Counted from the stretch's first letter, positions 37,340 through 51,300 are shown. The stretch is 64,000 bases of DNA from Azolla caroliniana (GCA_043228905.1 JBHGNT010000003.1:13330001-13394000); one strand, 5' to 3'. Notes: generated by a model from the sequence alone, not told the origin. A program made the numbers and translations.

Positions 37340-37971
37340 GCACCATGCTCACCGGGTCAGACGAGAACACAATTACGCACTAGTTAGACATAGAAGCACG
37401 CCCGATTGGTTACAGAGACAACAGCTGATTAGAGAATGTCACAATAAAATAAGGAAACCACTTCCCAAGAGGAATTGATTAATACTAACAAGTGATTACA
37501 ACCTTTCTGATATTACAACTGGCACGTCGGTGACCAACCAAACACATGCACGCGCACACACACAGCCGAGTTACGCAATGCAGCCTTTGCATGAAGCACC
37601 CGGGTTTTCCTCGTAAACAGAGGCAACCAACCAAAATTCTGCGGAGATCACATAGAAGTAGTGCTCGGTTCCCAGTCTGACAGCACCTCCCCCTTTCTCC
37701 CAAAATGCGATACCCGCTAGTCTTTCTCTCGCGCCTCTTATAGGCCGGCAAGGGAGGACTGTCACGTCTCCCATCACATCATCCTTATTCTTTGTCCCTT
37801 CGGGCAGAGATATGCTTCGATTTGCAAAATATGTTCTATCTAATCTATTTACATCGCGTTGAACTATTCTTAGCTATGTACAAGTTATTTTAATGCCGTG
37901 CGCCTATGTGTACGCGTCGGTTCATGCACTCTGATCCCCGATTCCCTTTATAGCTGGTTTCCTTCATGATA
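37340..37971 (-). repeat. 5' LTR of A, truncated on the inner side
   Basis: Diverged direct repeat of 16640-17269. The PBS and gag start are deleted. Confidence 0.85.
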
Positions 37972-40667
37972 GCATGCAACAACTTGAAGCAACTATTGTA
38001 TCATTGCGACAACAAGGACCAAGCACTCAAGGGACTCCCAAAGAACCCAAGATCAATCTTCCTATGAAGTTCGATGGAACGCGATCACACTTTAGAGGAT
38101 TTCTTAATGAGGTACGTTTGGTGATTCAAATGCATCCTTCTCGATATCCCTCCAATGCATCACGAGTGGGACTAGTAGGCATAACTTTGGCTTGGTTCAC
38201 TCCTTCACTCCTTTGTTAGAAAAAGGATCTCCATTGTTAAATAATTTTGAGGAATTTATTAGCGAGTTTAAAGCATGTTTTAGAGACACCGACAACATTA
38301 GGACGGCAATCAATAAAATCCGAAGATTGTGTCAAGGGGATCATCCAACCTCAGCTTATGCTGCGGATTTCCATCTACTCGCCATCGATATTCTCTAGGA
38401 TGACCTAGCATTGATGGAGCAATTTCGATATGGCCTGCGAAATGATGTCAAATACTTACTCCTGACTTTCCCCGAAGAACCAAAGTCACTCATAGAGGCA
38501 ATCAGTCAAGTGGTACAATGCGATAATAGGCTTTTCGAACGACATTCAAAATGTCAGTTACAAATGCCAAGAACAAGGTTGAAGCCCACGTACACCTCAC
38601 TTGTAGCAAAATCATTTGCAAGGGAGTCATATAATGCGTCTCCAACAAACACTCCAACACCGATGGAAATCGATACCGCACGTCATTGTGGACCATTATC
38701 GGAAGAGGAAAAGCAACGACGCTGAGCAAATCGACTATGTCTTTATTGCAGTGGACTAGGGCATATTGCAGTGAACTGTCCCCATAGGCCAAGAAGGTAG
38801 GTACATCAAATAGTCGCTAGTACTAAACTTGAGTCTATTTCATTAGGAGTGTCTGATAGTCCTAATAGCCCAAGCCTATCAAACAAAATTGAAGTCCTTA
38901 GTCAACTAGAAGAAAAGTTAAATGACTAAGTCCAGCCAAAATAGGAGTCGTTTGGTTGGATAACCCTAGATCTGTCTCCATTCCCTCTAAGCAAGTTGGC
39001 AATGTCTTCCTAGCTCAAGTAACAATTAGTACTAAATGTAACCCTCCAGTACATATCTTAGCACTCTTAGATTCTTGAGCCAATTCTTTCTTCATGGATA
39101 AGAATTTTTCCCAAGCTCATCAGATATCCCTAAGAAAACTCCCTTGCCCAGCTTCTGTAGTAGTCATTGATGGTCGCCCCATTGCTTCCAGAAATATCGA
39201 CACAATCCGGACATAGATTGGAGAACAAGAAAAATCTGGTATCGACAACCTCGAGGATCTACTCATAAGATTTCAACCATTTCATTACATCAATTGTGTG
39301 AGGAAGGACGCAAGGAATCAATGTTTGTATTTGAAGTATCAATGAAACCTTCCAACAACACTAAGGAGGAGTCAACGATTCAACTTCCAAAGAAGTATCA
39401 TCATTACACCGACGTTTTTGATAAGGTAAAAGCTAGTACTCTTCATCACCATCGACCGTATGATTGTCCCATTGACTTACAACCAAGAAAAGAGCCACCG
39501 TGGGAACCGATCTACAACTTCTCACCAACCAAGCTTAAAGTTCTTCAAGCCTACATAGAGGAAAATTTGGCAAACTAGGGTTCATTCGACATTCGAAATC
39601 TCCAGTCGGCGCACCTATTTTCTTTGTCAAGAAAAAAGATGGATCACTTCGTCTAGAGATGGATTACTGTGGCTTGAGTAAGGTCACCTACAAGATACAT
39701 GACAAGGAGCTATTAGCAATAGTAAATTCTTTTGCACAATAGAGGCATTTTTTAGAAGGATTTCCTCGTCAAGTCACTGTATTAAGTGATCAGAAGAATC
39801 TTGCCTACTTCCAGAATGCTCGCATATTAAATAGACGACAAGCTTTGTGGGCCCAGTTCCTCACTCATTTCGACTTCAAGATTACATATCGTTCGGGCAA
39901 GCAACAAGGGAAGGCAGATGCATTATCACGACACTCGTATCTAGCTCCTCATCTTGTTGATCCGGACTTTGACAATCAAAAGTAGGTAATCTTGGGTCCG
40001 GCACGACTTCAAGTAACGTGGATTTTTGACACTCCATTGGATTCCCACATTGTCGATACTATACATGAAGATTTGAAGTTAGATGTTTTCGCTCAAGCTA
40101 TTCTAGATCAAATCCCTCTCGGCCATCTTGAGGAAAGAGGCCTAGACATCATCCATATGGTTTGTTGGAACCATTATCGATCCCAAGCAAACCGTGGCAA
40201 TCTATTTCTCTAGATTTTATCACAGGTCTTCTAGATTCGAAGGGCTTTAATGCGATCTTAACATTGGTAGATCAATATACTAAGATGGCACATTTTGTGC
40301 CCTATACTAAAGAAATCACTCGTGAAGAAATTGTAGGAATTGTTATGCGTGAAGTATTTCGGCATCATGCGTGAAGTATTTCGGAATTGTTATGCGTGAA
40401 GTATTTCGACAATATCATCAGTGATCGTGGACCTCAATTCGTCTCTAAATTTTGGAAGCATCTCTTCAAAATGCTCAAGGTCACCTGCAATCTCTCCTCT
40501 GGCTATCATCCCTAAACAGATGGACAAGCAGAACGTATGAATCAAACGCTGGAACAGTATCTTCAGTTTGTCCTAAGCTATCATCAACAAGATGATTGGG
40601 CAGATATTCTACACTTATTTGCTTATAATAATTCTATCCACTCCTCTACTAGCTAGGGTTACACCAT

Positions 40668-40672
<5 letters not shown>
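37972..40672 (+). mobile_element. decayed Gypsy F, chromovirus/Tcn1-like (gag, PR, partial RT/RH, INT)
   Basis: EPKINLPMKFDG, TPMEID, HRPYDCPIDL, PWQSISLDFITGL and ISDRGPQF-like motifs. Large internal deletions. Lineage call is by motif resemblance only. Confidence 0.8.

Positions 40673-40734
<62 letters not shown>
40673..40734. repeat. (CT)n microsatellite
   Basis: About 31 uninterrupted dinucleotides. Confidence 0.95.
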
Positions 40735-40739
<5 letters not shown>

Positions 40740-41035
40740 TCTCACACTCTCTTTCCCTTCTTAGTACTAATCCTCATTCTTCCCCACTATCTTTAGTACT
40801 AATTCTCCCTACCTTTAGTACTATCCCTGACATAATCTCGTACTCAGAAACACTGAAATATCCATGAGACATTTGTCCTCTGTCTTGGTACTGGTGTCGA
40901 CTGTGTTTTCCGCTACTATCTAGAATAATTGACCATCCGGGAAATCATCTTCTACTCTGTTTCTTGCTTCCTCCATCTCCAGTTGGCTTAAGTAATCAGT
41001 GATGACGTGTTGTACCCCCGATCGGTGGTAGATAT

Positions 41036-41716
41036 TGTGAAAATGTTTTAGAATCTAAGCCATTGAACATTAGAAGAATATAAAGTATGGATAATTCACA
41101 TTTGGAGGCTAAGAACACGAACCAAGACCTTTAGGAAGAAGTCAAAAGTAAAAGTAAGAGACCAAGAGAAAAGTAAAAAGAGAAAAAACGGATCATAAAA
41201 AACAATAAAAAAGGAATGGTCATAACTCCTTTGTTTTTCACCCAAATATTATGTTTAAATATGGGTTAGAAATCTTGTAAAGAAAGCTATCTATATCTTT
41301 TTAAATCACTAAATTTGGAGCTCTGATGAGGGAGATATGAGGATTAGAAGTTCGTTGGGTCTTAGCTAAAAATAGGAGATAAAAAGCTTCTAAAAATAGC
41401 GTGAACGAGGAAGAAGAAGAACATTATAAAAGAGGAAGTGATTGTCTTAGAAGAGGATCCTAATAGAGGAGGGGTCTTAGGAGGAGGTATCTTAGTGGAA
41501 GAAGATGGTTCTTAGTAGTGGGTTTGAGTGATGGGTATTAAGAAGGTCTTTGGTTTTTAAGTTCATTGTGGAGTTTATCCTCTTTGTATTGATTTGAAGT
41601 GAAATATTATAACATTCTTATCTCTTTCTCATCTTCCCTACCTTTTATCTTAATTTCTTGAGTTTTCCTATCTAAATCATAGTTACCTAGATCTATATAG
41701 TCTATTATAATTCACA
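41036..41716 (+). repeat. LTR-like segment
   Basis: TGTGAA...TTCACA ends and TATAAAAG near 41425. No TSD. Confidence 0.5.
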
Positions 41717-41783
41717 ACTCCATCTAATCGGTTTGATCAAGCCCTCATATTGTGTACGACTATCATCTGTCTTATACACCCTA

Positions 41784-43155
41784 TCAGATATCAAAGTCGA
41801 ATTCCTGGAGAAGCAGGGTCCACCGGGCCAACTTACCCGTTAATGAACCTTTGGACACCAAATACAGTAGTGTGGAGTGATCCATGTGGAACGGAAAATT
41901 TCGACCCAACAAATAGTGTCGATACTTATTTATACTGTAGATCATGCCTAGGGCTTCCTGTTCTGTTGTAGAGTAATTCTGCTCCGCTTTCAATAATTTT
42001 CTAATGGAGTAATAAACTGGTCGGTACGATTTTGGTTCGGTGACCTTCATTAACGCGCTTCTGATTGCAACATCCATTGCATCTACAAACACATGGAAGT
42101 CTTTAGTCCAATCCAGAGGTTGCACTATCAAGGCCTAGGATAGCATCACTTTCAATGCGTTGAATGCTTTATCTTCCTCTATTGTCCACCGAAATGGTAC
42201 TCTATGCACCACTGCATGCAAGGGTGTCACAAAATCTGCCAGGTACTGTAGCATCCAACTATGTCACTGGATCTACTTAACGCTTTTGTGTTTGCCGGTG
42301 CCTGTGCCGCGAGGATTTCTTGTACGTTATTCAGATCCATTGTGATCCCTTCCTTTTTTATGATGTGTCTGAGCAATGTGCCGCTTGTTACTCCGAATTC
42401 ACACTTTTTTGGATTCAAGCTTAATTTTGCGCTCCGGCACTTCTCCAAGCACATCCGAAGAAAATCCAAATGCTCCGTCCTCTGACTGTACGCTGCGCGC
42501 TTCCGATTGCAACATCCATTGCATCTACGAACACGTGGAAGTCTTTAGTCCAATCCAGAGGTTGCACTACCGGGGCCTAGGATAGCATCACTTTCAATGC
42601 GTTGAACGCTTTATCTTCCTCTGTTGTCCACCGAAATGGTACTCTATGCACCGCCACATGCAAGGGTGTCGCAAAATCTGCCATGTATTGTAGCACCCAA
42701 CTATGTCACTAGATCTACTTAACGCTTTTGTGTTTGCCGGTGCCTGTGCCGCGAGGATTTCTTGTACGTTATTCAGATCCACTGTGATCCCTTCCTTGCT
42801 TATGATGTGTCCAAGCAATGTGCCGCTTGTTACTCCAAATACACACTTTGCCAGATTCAGGCTTAATCTTGCACTCCAGCACTTCTCCAAACACATCCGG
42901 AGATAATCCAAATGCTTCGTCCTTTGACTGTACACTGCAAAATCATCGAGGAATATGTGCATAAATGCCATGATGTACTTACCAAAAATATCCATGATTA
43001 TGTTGTCGCATTCAGTCTCCGGTAGTCTACATAGACCTTAATCTTCCCGTTTTTCTTGGGGACCACCACAATTGTGCTCAGCCATGTTGCCTATTTCACC
43101 GGCCTAATAAATCCGACTCGTAACAATTTGTCAATTTCCTTTTTTACTTGAGCAG
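41784..43155 (-). mobile_element. B-family Gypsy RT/RNase H remnant with a 442-bp tandem duplication
   Basis: HVFVDAMDVAI and IFLDDFAVYS motifs. Units 42055-42496 and 42497-42938. Confidence 0.9.
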
Positions 43156-43159
43156 CATT

Positions 43160-43685
43160 AGCCACTAGCGTCGACTGAATAGTTTGAAAACCATTCGATG
43201 TTGGGGGTCACGTGGAATGTGGCACTAGAATCCAGTATCCACGTGTGTCCATCTTGTGCATTGTAGAGGACTTCTCTGATCATCAAGTGGACTCTAAAGA
43301 GACAATTTCTCCGGATCGGGTGTCGGTAACATTAACTTTGTTGCCGACTGGAGAGTGGTCTGAGACGGGTTGTCCTCGATTCCGCTCGTATCGCCAATCA
43401 CTCTCTTTTCTCTTGATCGACCAACAGTCAGAAACATTGTGGCCAACTTTTCTGTAGTGTGTGCAGAATTCGCCTAATCGGTTGTTCTCGACTTCGACCG
43501 ATGTCGGTCTCCCCTCGTTTTCGATCAATTGGTATTCTGACCGGTTCTATCGGCTTGTTCTCTCGTTTGACTCTATCGGTCAAACGACCCAATTGAGTGA
43601 TGTGCTTTTGCCGATTCATCGATGGTAAGCCCCATCGATTTTCGCCGAATGTCCTCGGTGAGGACTTGGCCAATCGTCTCATCCA
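43160..43685 (-). mobile_element. Copia gag knuckle / protease fragment
   Basis: FCTHYRKVGHNVSDC and TWILDSSATFHVTP on the minus strand. Confidence 0.75.
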
Positions 43686-43694
43686 GATTTAGGC

Positions 43695-45130
43695 TGATTG
43701 TAGGAAGCAATCAAGCACAGATCGGAAAGCTAAAGCGAAGCCTTCATGACAAGTTTGCGATGAAGGAACTCGGACAAGCCCGTCACATACTAGGCATGAG
43801 GATTGAGCGAAATCGGACGACCAAGACTCTCCGACTCTCCCAGTCCGACTACATCTGGAAGGTGCTGAGGCACTTCAACATGCAGAATGCGAAGCCAGCA
43901 CCAACACCGCTTCTGACGTCGATCCCACTATCAGACAGAGACTCTCCTTCAACGGACAAGGAGAGAGAGCTTAATGGAAAGATGCCCTACGCATCGGCCG
44001 TAGGAAGTATCATGTACCCAATGGTGGTGACCCGACCCGACCTAGCCTATGTCGTAAGAGTGGTCAGCCGGTACATGTCAAACCCAGGACGGAAGCATTG
44101 GGAGGCCGTCAAGCACATCTTCAGGTACTTGAGAGGGACCAAAGATACACAGCTAACTTTTGATTTGACAACCTCAGCTGAAGTCAAAGGCTACACTAAC
44201 TCCAACTATGCATGAAACACGGACAATTAGAAGTCAACATCAAGCTATATTTCACCTATGGTGGCAGTGCGATATCATGGAGGTCGAAGCTTCAAGAGTG
44301 CACGGCCCTGTCAACCACAGAGGCCGAGTACATAGCAGCATTGGAGGCAGCGAAGGAAGCGATCTAGCTGCACCGAATGTCTACCAACTTCTCATCTACA
44401 AGCCGAATCGACTGACTAACGCCGACCATATATTGCGACTCACAAAGTGCAATTCACCTCATTAACAATCACATCTATCACACAAAGACGAAGCACATTG
44501 AGGTACGGTATCATCACATCCGGGAGCTCATAACTGAGAAGAGGCTCAAAGTCCAGAAAATCGACACCGAGGTGAACATCGCCTATTGCCTGACGAAGCC
44601 ACTCCCAGATCAACGCTTCGGAGCACTAAGGACAGAGATGGGACAACGACAAGCGACTGAGCAAGAGAAAAACCGAACGAAGAGTGGAAGGTGATAGCTA
44701 ATCGGATCAACCATGACAACACATCCTACACCTCTGCCGATTCAGCCATATGTTGACTGACTTGTAATATAAATTTAGGTTAGGTTTGTAATCTAGGTTT
44801 ACAGGGGAGATAACCCCAAATACATGTACATGAAGAAAAGGGTCGTCCTTTTACGGGGGAGTTTCTTGGCATAAAAGGCCGACTCCTTCCACTTTGTATC
44901 CTAGTGTGAACTCGTACATATAGTTAGGGCTTAGTATATAAGTGATAACCTAACGTTGTAAAGAGAGAGTCACTTGATCATCCTATACATCGAGTCTCTG
45001 AGAGAGAGAGATAAATAGAAATAAAGAAAGCTTCCATTAAAGCTTCATCTTTGTGTATCTATTATCTGTCTATATCTTCTTGCCTTCCGTCTGTGTTGTT
45101 TGTTGAGCATAACTGATAGGTCCTCACATA
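43695..45130 (+). mobile_element. Copia RT/RNase H remnant with PPT (44855-44861) and decayed 3' LTR
   Basis: FAMKELGQARHILGM, YCDSQSAIHL and TKHIEVRYHHIR motifs. Same family as 62942-63780. Confidence 0.85.
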
Positions 45131-45759
45131 CGTATCCGCGCATATGTGTCCTTCATAAACCTCTTACATCAAATTTGAAGCGTAGTTCGTGTCTCCTTTT
45201 TGTAGTTGCCGAGCATGTTCATTAATCATTTTGATATCGCAAGTATGGATATCTGTTAGCACTCATTCTCCTATCTCAGATTTGATGTTTCTTCAATCAC
45301 CAAACCTCTTACATCAAATTTGAACCTTCCGATACGAGTTCGTCTATCACCAGTTTGAGGCTTCTTACAACACAAATCAGCTTATGCAAGATTTGTTTTT
45401 GCTTCGTGGCATAAGAGTTCTCTATTATGACCATAGCTTCTATGAAGGGTAACTTTCATTCCTGTATCTTCTTAATTACCTCTATACAACAAGTGATTTC
45501 AAAACCTAGTTTCAAAGGGTCTTTGGTTGCTCTTTGGTTTTTTGCTTTACCAAGGGAGAGGTCAAGTGGTGCAAGTGTGTCCATGTTCAATGGTTACATA
45601 TTGGTGAATACTAAAAAGGTTTTCGTTAACATTTTTAGCTTACTCTCTCTATGTCATTTTAGCTTTACGATTTACCTACCTAGTGTCTTTATGTCCAAGA
45701 TATCTCTTTGTATTTTTCCTTTATCTCAGCATAAGATGGTCATTTGCATGTAAACTAGT

Positions 45760-46250
45760 ACTCTTTCATTATTTATTTGTGACATAATCTAAATATCCTT
45801 TCCTCTCGAGGAACTCCATTAACCCAACCATTTCAATCTAAAGGTGGTGGGATGATACTCTAGGTTGTCCAATGACAATGCTTGGTGCATTTGGTGAGAA
45901 CATATCTAGATATATTATTCATATAATAAATCCCAACTCAAAGAAATGCATGAAATGTTCCTTAACATTGAGGGAATTGCGCTAACATTTTACTTTTATT
46001 GACAACCCTTTTCACGAACCTGAGATAAAAGTGAACATGTCCCAAGTAGGAGTATATAAAAGCCACCATTCTTGATTTGAAGAGACTTCTTTACAAAATA
46101 GTTACGCATCTTTTCAAACTGTTTCCATGTGCACTAAAGAGCATATGGTGTTTGTGTCTTGATAAAGCTTCATAGGCAATGCTTCAAAGTCTTCCAAGTG
46201 CACTTAAGCTACAAGCCTACAACCCCATAGAATAAGAAACATTGGTGTCA
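45760..46250 (-). mobile_element. degenerate LINE ORF2 C-terminal remnant
   Basis: Minus strand reads SHHL*IE followed by GVPREERIFRLCH, like the C-terminal Cys motif of non-LTR ORF2. Confidence 0.55.
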
Positions 46251-48231
46251 TCAACATAAAAATAAGCATTGGTGTCATCAACATGTCAAAAGGTATTTTG
46301 GAAGAACTCAAACTTTTTATTTCTACCAAGTTTTAAGGAGAAAAGGAACAAACTCTTACTTTCATCATAATCATTAAAACAGGAGCAAAGGGCATGTTAT
46401 ATTTTCTTAAAGACACCCTCCACCAAATTGAATTAACACTCGACCTCTCCAATTGAATTAACCTTGGCACCAACTCTATACCCAATTATTTAGAATGTGG
46501 CAATTCTTAGGTTTCAAACATAGGACTTTATATTGACTTCCAAATTTAGAGTATAACATAAACTATTATATAGCACAAGTTATGTTGGTGCTTCAATCCT
46601 TGAGTTAACATAAAATTCCACCAATAGTACCATTTAAGGTCATGAGTACTTATGCACCACAACACGATGTAAATAGACTTCTGCAAGACCAAATGCTTAA
46701 ATAAATTGAACTACGCAAACCTACTGCCAACAAATGATATCAAGAATTTTAACCACTAAGTCTGCTAATTGTCATTACTATGTTTACAATAATATTCTAC
46801 ACAGTAGATTCTTTACTCTAATGATTGCACTATCAATAGCATGTGTATCGAGAACATATCAATTCTAGATTAGACTTAATACTTTACATTACAGTTTTCA
46901 GATATTAGTCCATTTTATCCTATTGTAAAACATACCAGATAGAATATATCATCGAGTTATAGAGATTTATCAAAATTCCAGCCTAGTTTTAAAAAGATCA
47001 AGCCCATGTAAGTAATAAATTACTTGCTATTCTAAAATAGATCATTTATAACTTATACCACTCGGTCGGAAACTGAGAATGCAATTAAGTTTAAGTACTT
47101 AGGTATGAATCAACATTTCCCATCATTTACAATGATATACTGTCCATAAGACAATCCAATAAGTTAACGGGAAATGCTTCTCCAACATAACAAGGATCCA
47201 ACATTAAACTTTACAATTACCAAACATTGCACTCAGCTATAATAAATAAGATAACTCAAACAATAGAGACAAAATATTCACTATTTCCCAAAATTGAGGT
47301 TGAAACAATTCTAATAAGGAAAACATATCATGTGGCAGGCAAGAGCACACATACCATTTTACATCTAATTTGGAAATGGATAAGATAATCACATCTATGT
47401 ACGAATTAAAGCAGACTTTCCATAAAAAGATAACATTAAGACGCAACTCTCACAATCATTGGTTTTGCAAGGCAAATTAAATATTATATGCCAATGAGAA
47501 ACTCTAAGATCAGTACTGAATTCATATTCGAATGATCTAGAATGTTTGACATAAATGACATACATTAGCACAAATCCTTGAGGGACAAATTTAGACCTAC
47601 AACCAACGGCCAGTCTAGAATTCAACCATCATGGATGCAAATTTCCAATGAACATGCCCTTTTCCTGTAAGCACTGGTCAAGTGAAAATTTTCCAACCCT
47701 GGAAACCCCTCCTGTCACACAATGAAGTTCTGAATTCTGCAACCCCCCTATTTGAAAGGTCTACAGACAGTAACTATTTTATGCATGACATCGGTGTTTG
47801 ACTTAATTGTTAATATTAAAGCACAATCAAGAGAGACCACTGCTCAATTCTGGGCTTCTTAACCACCTCTGTCATGAGCACAAGACATGACCAGGTTGTT
47901 CTTTGTTAATTGGGAACATCATAGGCAATGTTGAGTATAACATATCACATGATGCATGCTGTGTTGCATACCCGTAATGATCACACTAGCCTGACCTTAC
48001 TTACCAATAGTGATTGATCACCACTAATTATAGTGAAAGAAAAGAAGCAAAATGCAGCTGGAAATGGGTACCATTCTTGTTGCCTTACACTCAACTGCAG
48101 CAGGGAAAACATGATTATTATTTGCAAAAGTAGGAAAAGAGGCACCTGAAGATAAAATGAGACATGACTTGAAACTACCAGATATGATATAGCACACAAA
48201 TAAAAATCGAGTACAATTTTCCAGTCAGCTG

Positions 48232-48293
48232 CTACAGAAAATAATCTGGTGCGGGCTTTTTTGATGGTACTCCCCTTGCTTCCTGTTTAGTGA

Positions 48294-48357
<64 letters not shown>

Positions 48358-51300
48358 CATGGCAAAATCAAGTGTTGGGTCCTCAAGTAATACCTTTTAA
48401 CACTTTGGTGACACTAGTACTTCTCTATGGGGTGTAAGTGTAGGAAGGTAGCGTCCCTATGTCCACTTGGAAAGCATTTGAAAATGTCCAAAAGCATTTT
48501 CTTACAAAGTTTATCCGAGTCAAGAAACAAACCCCATACACCCTCCTACTTGATATGGGATCACTCTCATTGAGATCATGGTCATGGAAAGGGTTGTCAA
48601 ATAAATGCTTAAAATTCAAAAAGGTCCCTTGCATCGACTTCCGAGAATACATACACCCTCCTATTTGAGACGAGATCACTTCTCATTGAGATCATGGCCA
48701 TAGAAAGGGTTGTCGAATACATACTTAAAAGTTCAAAAAGGTCCCTCACATCGACTTCCTAGAATCACCTACACCCTCCTATTTGAGACAGTACCACTTC
48801 TCATTGAGATCATGGCCATGGAAAGGTTTGTCGAATACATGCTTGAAGTTCAAAAAGATCCCTCACATCGAATTCCTAGAATCACACGCTCCCTCCTTAA
48901 AACAGGATCACTTCTCATTGAGATTATTCCCTTGGAAAGGTTTGTCGAATACACACTCATAAAGTTCAAAAAGATCCTTCACATCTTAGAATCACATGGG
49001 AAGCAAGCAAAAAGATCTAAAACACACAAAAGCAAATGAAATTGTTCTAGTTTGATGCAACATTTGAAAAAATGGTTTCAAAGATTGGATGCAGCACACT
49101 TGCTTTATGATGCATCACTAGATTCCTTTGTAAATGAGGCCTTTTTGCAACACCAATGTATCATGACATGGGAAAAATGTGGACGTTCACTCTTAACACA
49201 TTATACAACATATCTGCACCTTACTACCTTTGGTCACATTCGAGTATACATTCCACAAATCTTCGGTGATAAACCCAATCCGTGTACGAGTTTCTCTGAT
49301 GATCACAATGGCCCTCTAGATTGCAACATTCATTAGTAAAGTTCTTGAACATTGGGAGTTGTTGCTCACTTTTACATGTATTACATGAAAATGTTAATAC
49401 TTTTTAGCCCCGTAGATCATATCTGACCTTCAAAGACAATAATAAAATCTCTATCTCTGTAGCTGTTTAGCTTGATGGTTTTACACCATGGCATCAAAGT
49501 CATAAAATTTAGATAGCAAGCTGTCTCCTATGGGCATAACAAAGATATCCATCTATCTATCCCCCTCCTTAATCGGATCCATTGGGATTTTATCACTAGA
49601 GAAAATAAAGTGTTGTAGACAGACAAAGTAGTGACAAAATTGCACGTTAATTGGATGGCCATAGAAAAGATCTAAGTTTGATAACTATTGTGATCACATT
49701 AATGAAGATAGTATCATATCTCAGATTTAATCATGTATACATAAATGCCCCTACGTCAAACCTAAGCAAGTTCACACAAACTACATCCCGAGACAGGACG
49801 ATGTACAGGTTTGGATGTAAGGTCAACTAGGCATGTGGAAAGGTCCTAATAAAAAACATCATTAAACTAAAGATCCAATTTTCTGCATGTTGGAAACCCT
49901 TATATACTTTCTCTGGACAGGTCCACTATAGTGGCAAGCAAGTCCCTGGCATTGGGCATATCTACCACAACTATTAGAATTTAGAGTAAACGAACAGATA
50001 GCAAAACTTGAACCCTCTCTCTTATATGGGAGGGGAGATCCCTAGCATTTCTTTGGGGGCATACTTGAGGTGCTGCATCGAAAACTCTGAACTTCTTGGT
50101 CAAGTGCTCATCAAGCTCCAAAATTGCAGCCACATTGCCACACCTGTATAAGCATTCAGTAGTCAAAGATAAGATACAAGGTTTTGATCAATAAAGAATA
50201 CTTGTTTGTCATAAACACTACACAACTCAATATTTTCATAATAACCACTGTTTCAAAACTATAAATTTTCTACACACCTGTAACAGTAATTTGGAGCTGA
50301 CCATACAGTGACTATTTGGTCATTGAACATCCATTTGTAGCCTTCCATAACTAGTTGATGTGCCCGGCATATTAAATCTAGCTTGTTTGTATGATTGAAC
50401 TCAGTCACTGTACTAGCACCAAATAAATAACCTGCGCCTCTTGGGCTGATTCCCCATCCATCAATTGCTTCTGGATCTGACCAGAGCAGATCACACATTG
50501 CTCCTTCATGTGGTACTTCTTGCTTTCGATCAATTATCCTAATCTGATGAATACAATTTCAGAAGTTTGAGCTTGAAAAGCTAATAAATGATTATATTAA
50601 CCATAGCACCTACTTCATCTAATGACTGAATTGAAGGTGAAAGCCCACCATGAACATTGAATATCCGATTTTCTATCAAAGCTGACAGACTGCCCAAAAA
50701 AGATATGAAAATTTTTAGCACAATCATTTAGGCACGATATAACTAGAAGATTCTGCTGATCTCTTCACAGATGACATCCTTGAAATATATCATTGTATCG
50801 TTTTATGAAAGAAGCAATCTGCACTCAAGCAATCCATACATATTTTTTATGTGAAATTTATGTGGGTTAGTATATGGAATGTTTGCATGACAGAATGTGC
50901 ATCATGTTTCACTTGGTAATAGTGTGGCTGACCTTCTATATATACACCAACTGTATGGAGCACATATTCTCAAACATTAGTCGACATAAATTTCTTGCCA
51001 TATTTATATAAAAACTGAGCATTAAGGACATGACTTTCCATAGCTGCGTTATTGGCCAGCTCAACAAAACATCGCACAAGTTCACCTAGTAGATGGCCAT
51101 AGGTGCGTTAGTAGAGTGCATGCTCTGCTGCCAACATGATGTACAGAACAATGAGAATTACACATACAAATACCCATCCAACCCAGGATATCATTGATGA
51201 CCATTTTGCTCTACCGTCTATGCCACTTCTTGGCTGCACTTATATCATTACCATGATTACTGTTATGTATACAGTGTAATGCAGCCTCTACAAGTCACAG

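Larger units (their letters stand above)
16510..37971 (-). mobile_element. Ty3/Gypsy element A (host of B and C), decayed
   Basis: 3' LTR 16510-17269 (TGTC...GACA) with PPT GGTGGGGTGGA at 17270-17280. Inner-truncated 5' LTR about 37340-37971. Pol pieces at 17343-19530, 29584-30526 and 35971-37300. Flanks GCGT/GCAT. Confidence 0.9.

Noticed and set aside
36602-37387. 261-aa plus-strand ORF and other long antisense ORFs over pol regions
   Set aside because: Shadow frames of GC-rich retroelement coding sequence with no recognisable motifs.
41323-41330. CTGATGAG, a hammerhead ribozyme core
   Set aside because: No matching GAAA core or stems I-III could be found nearby.
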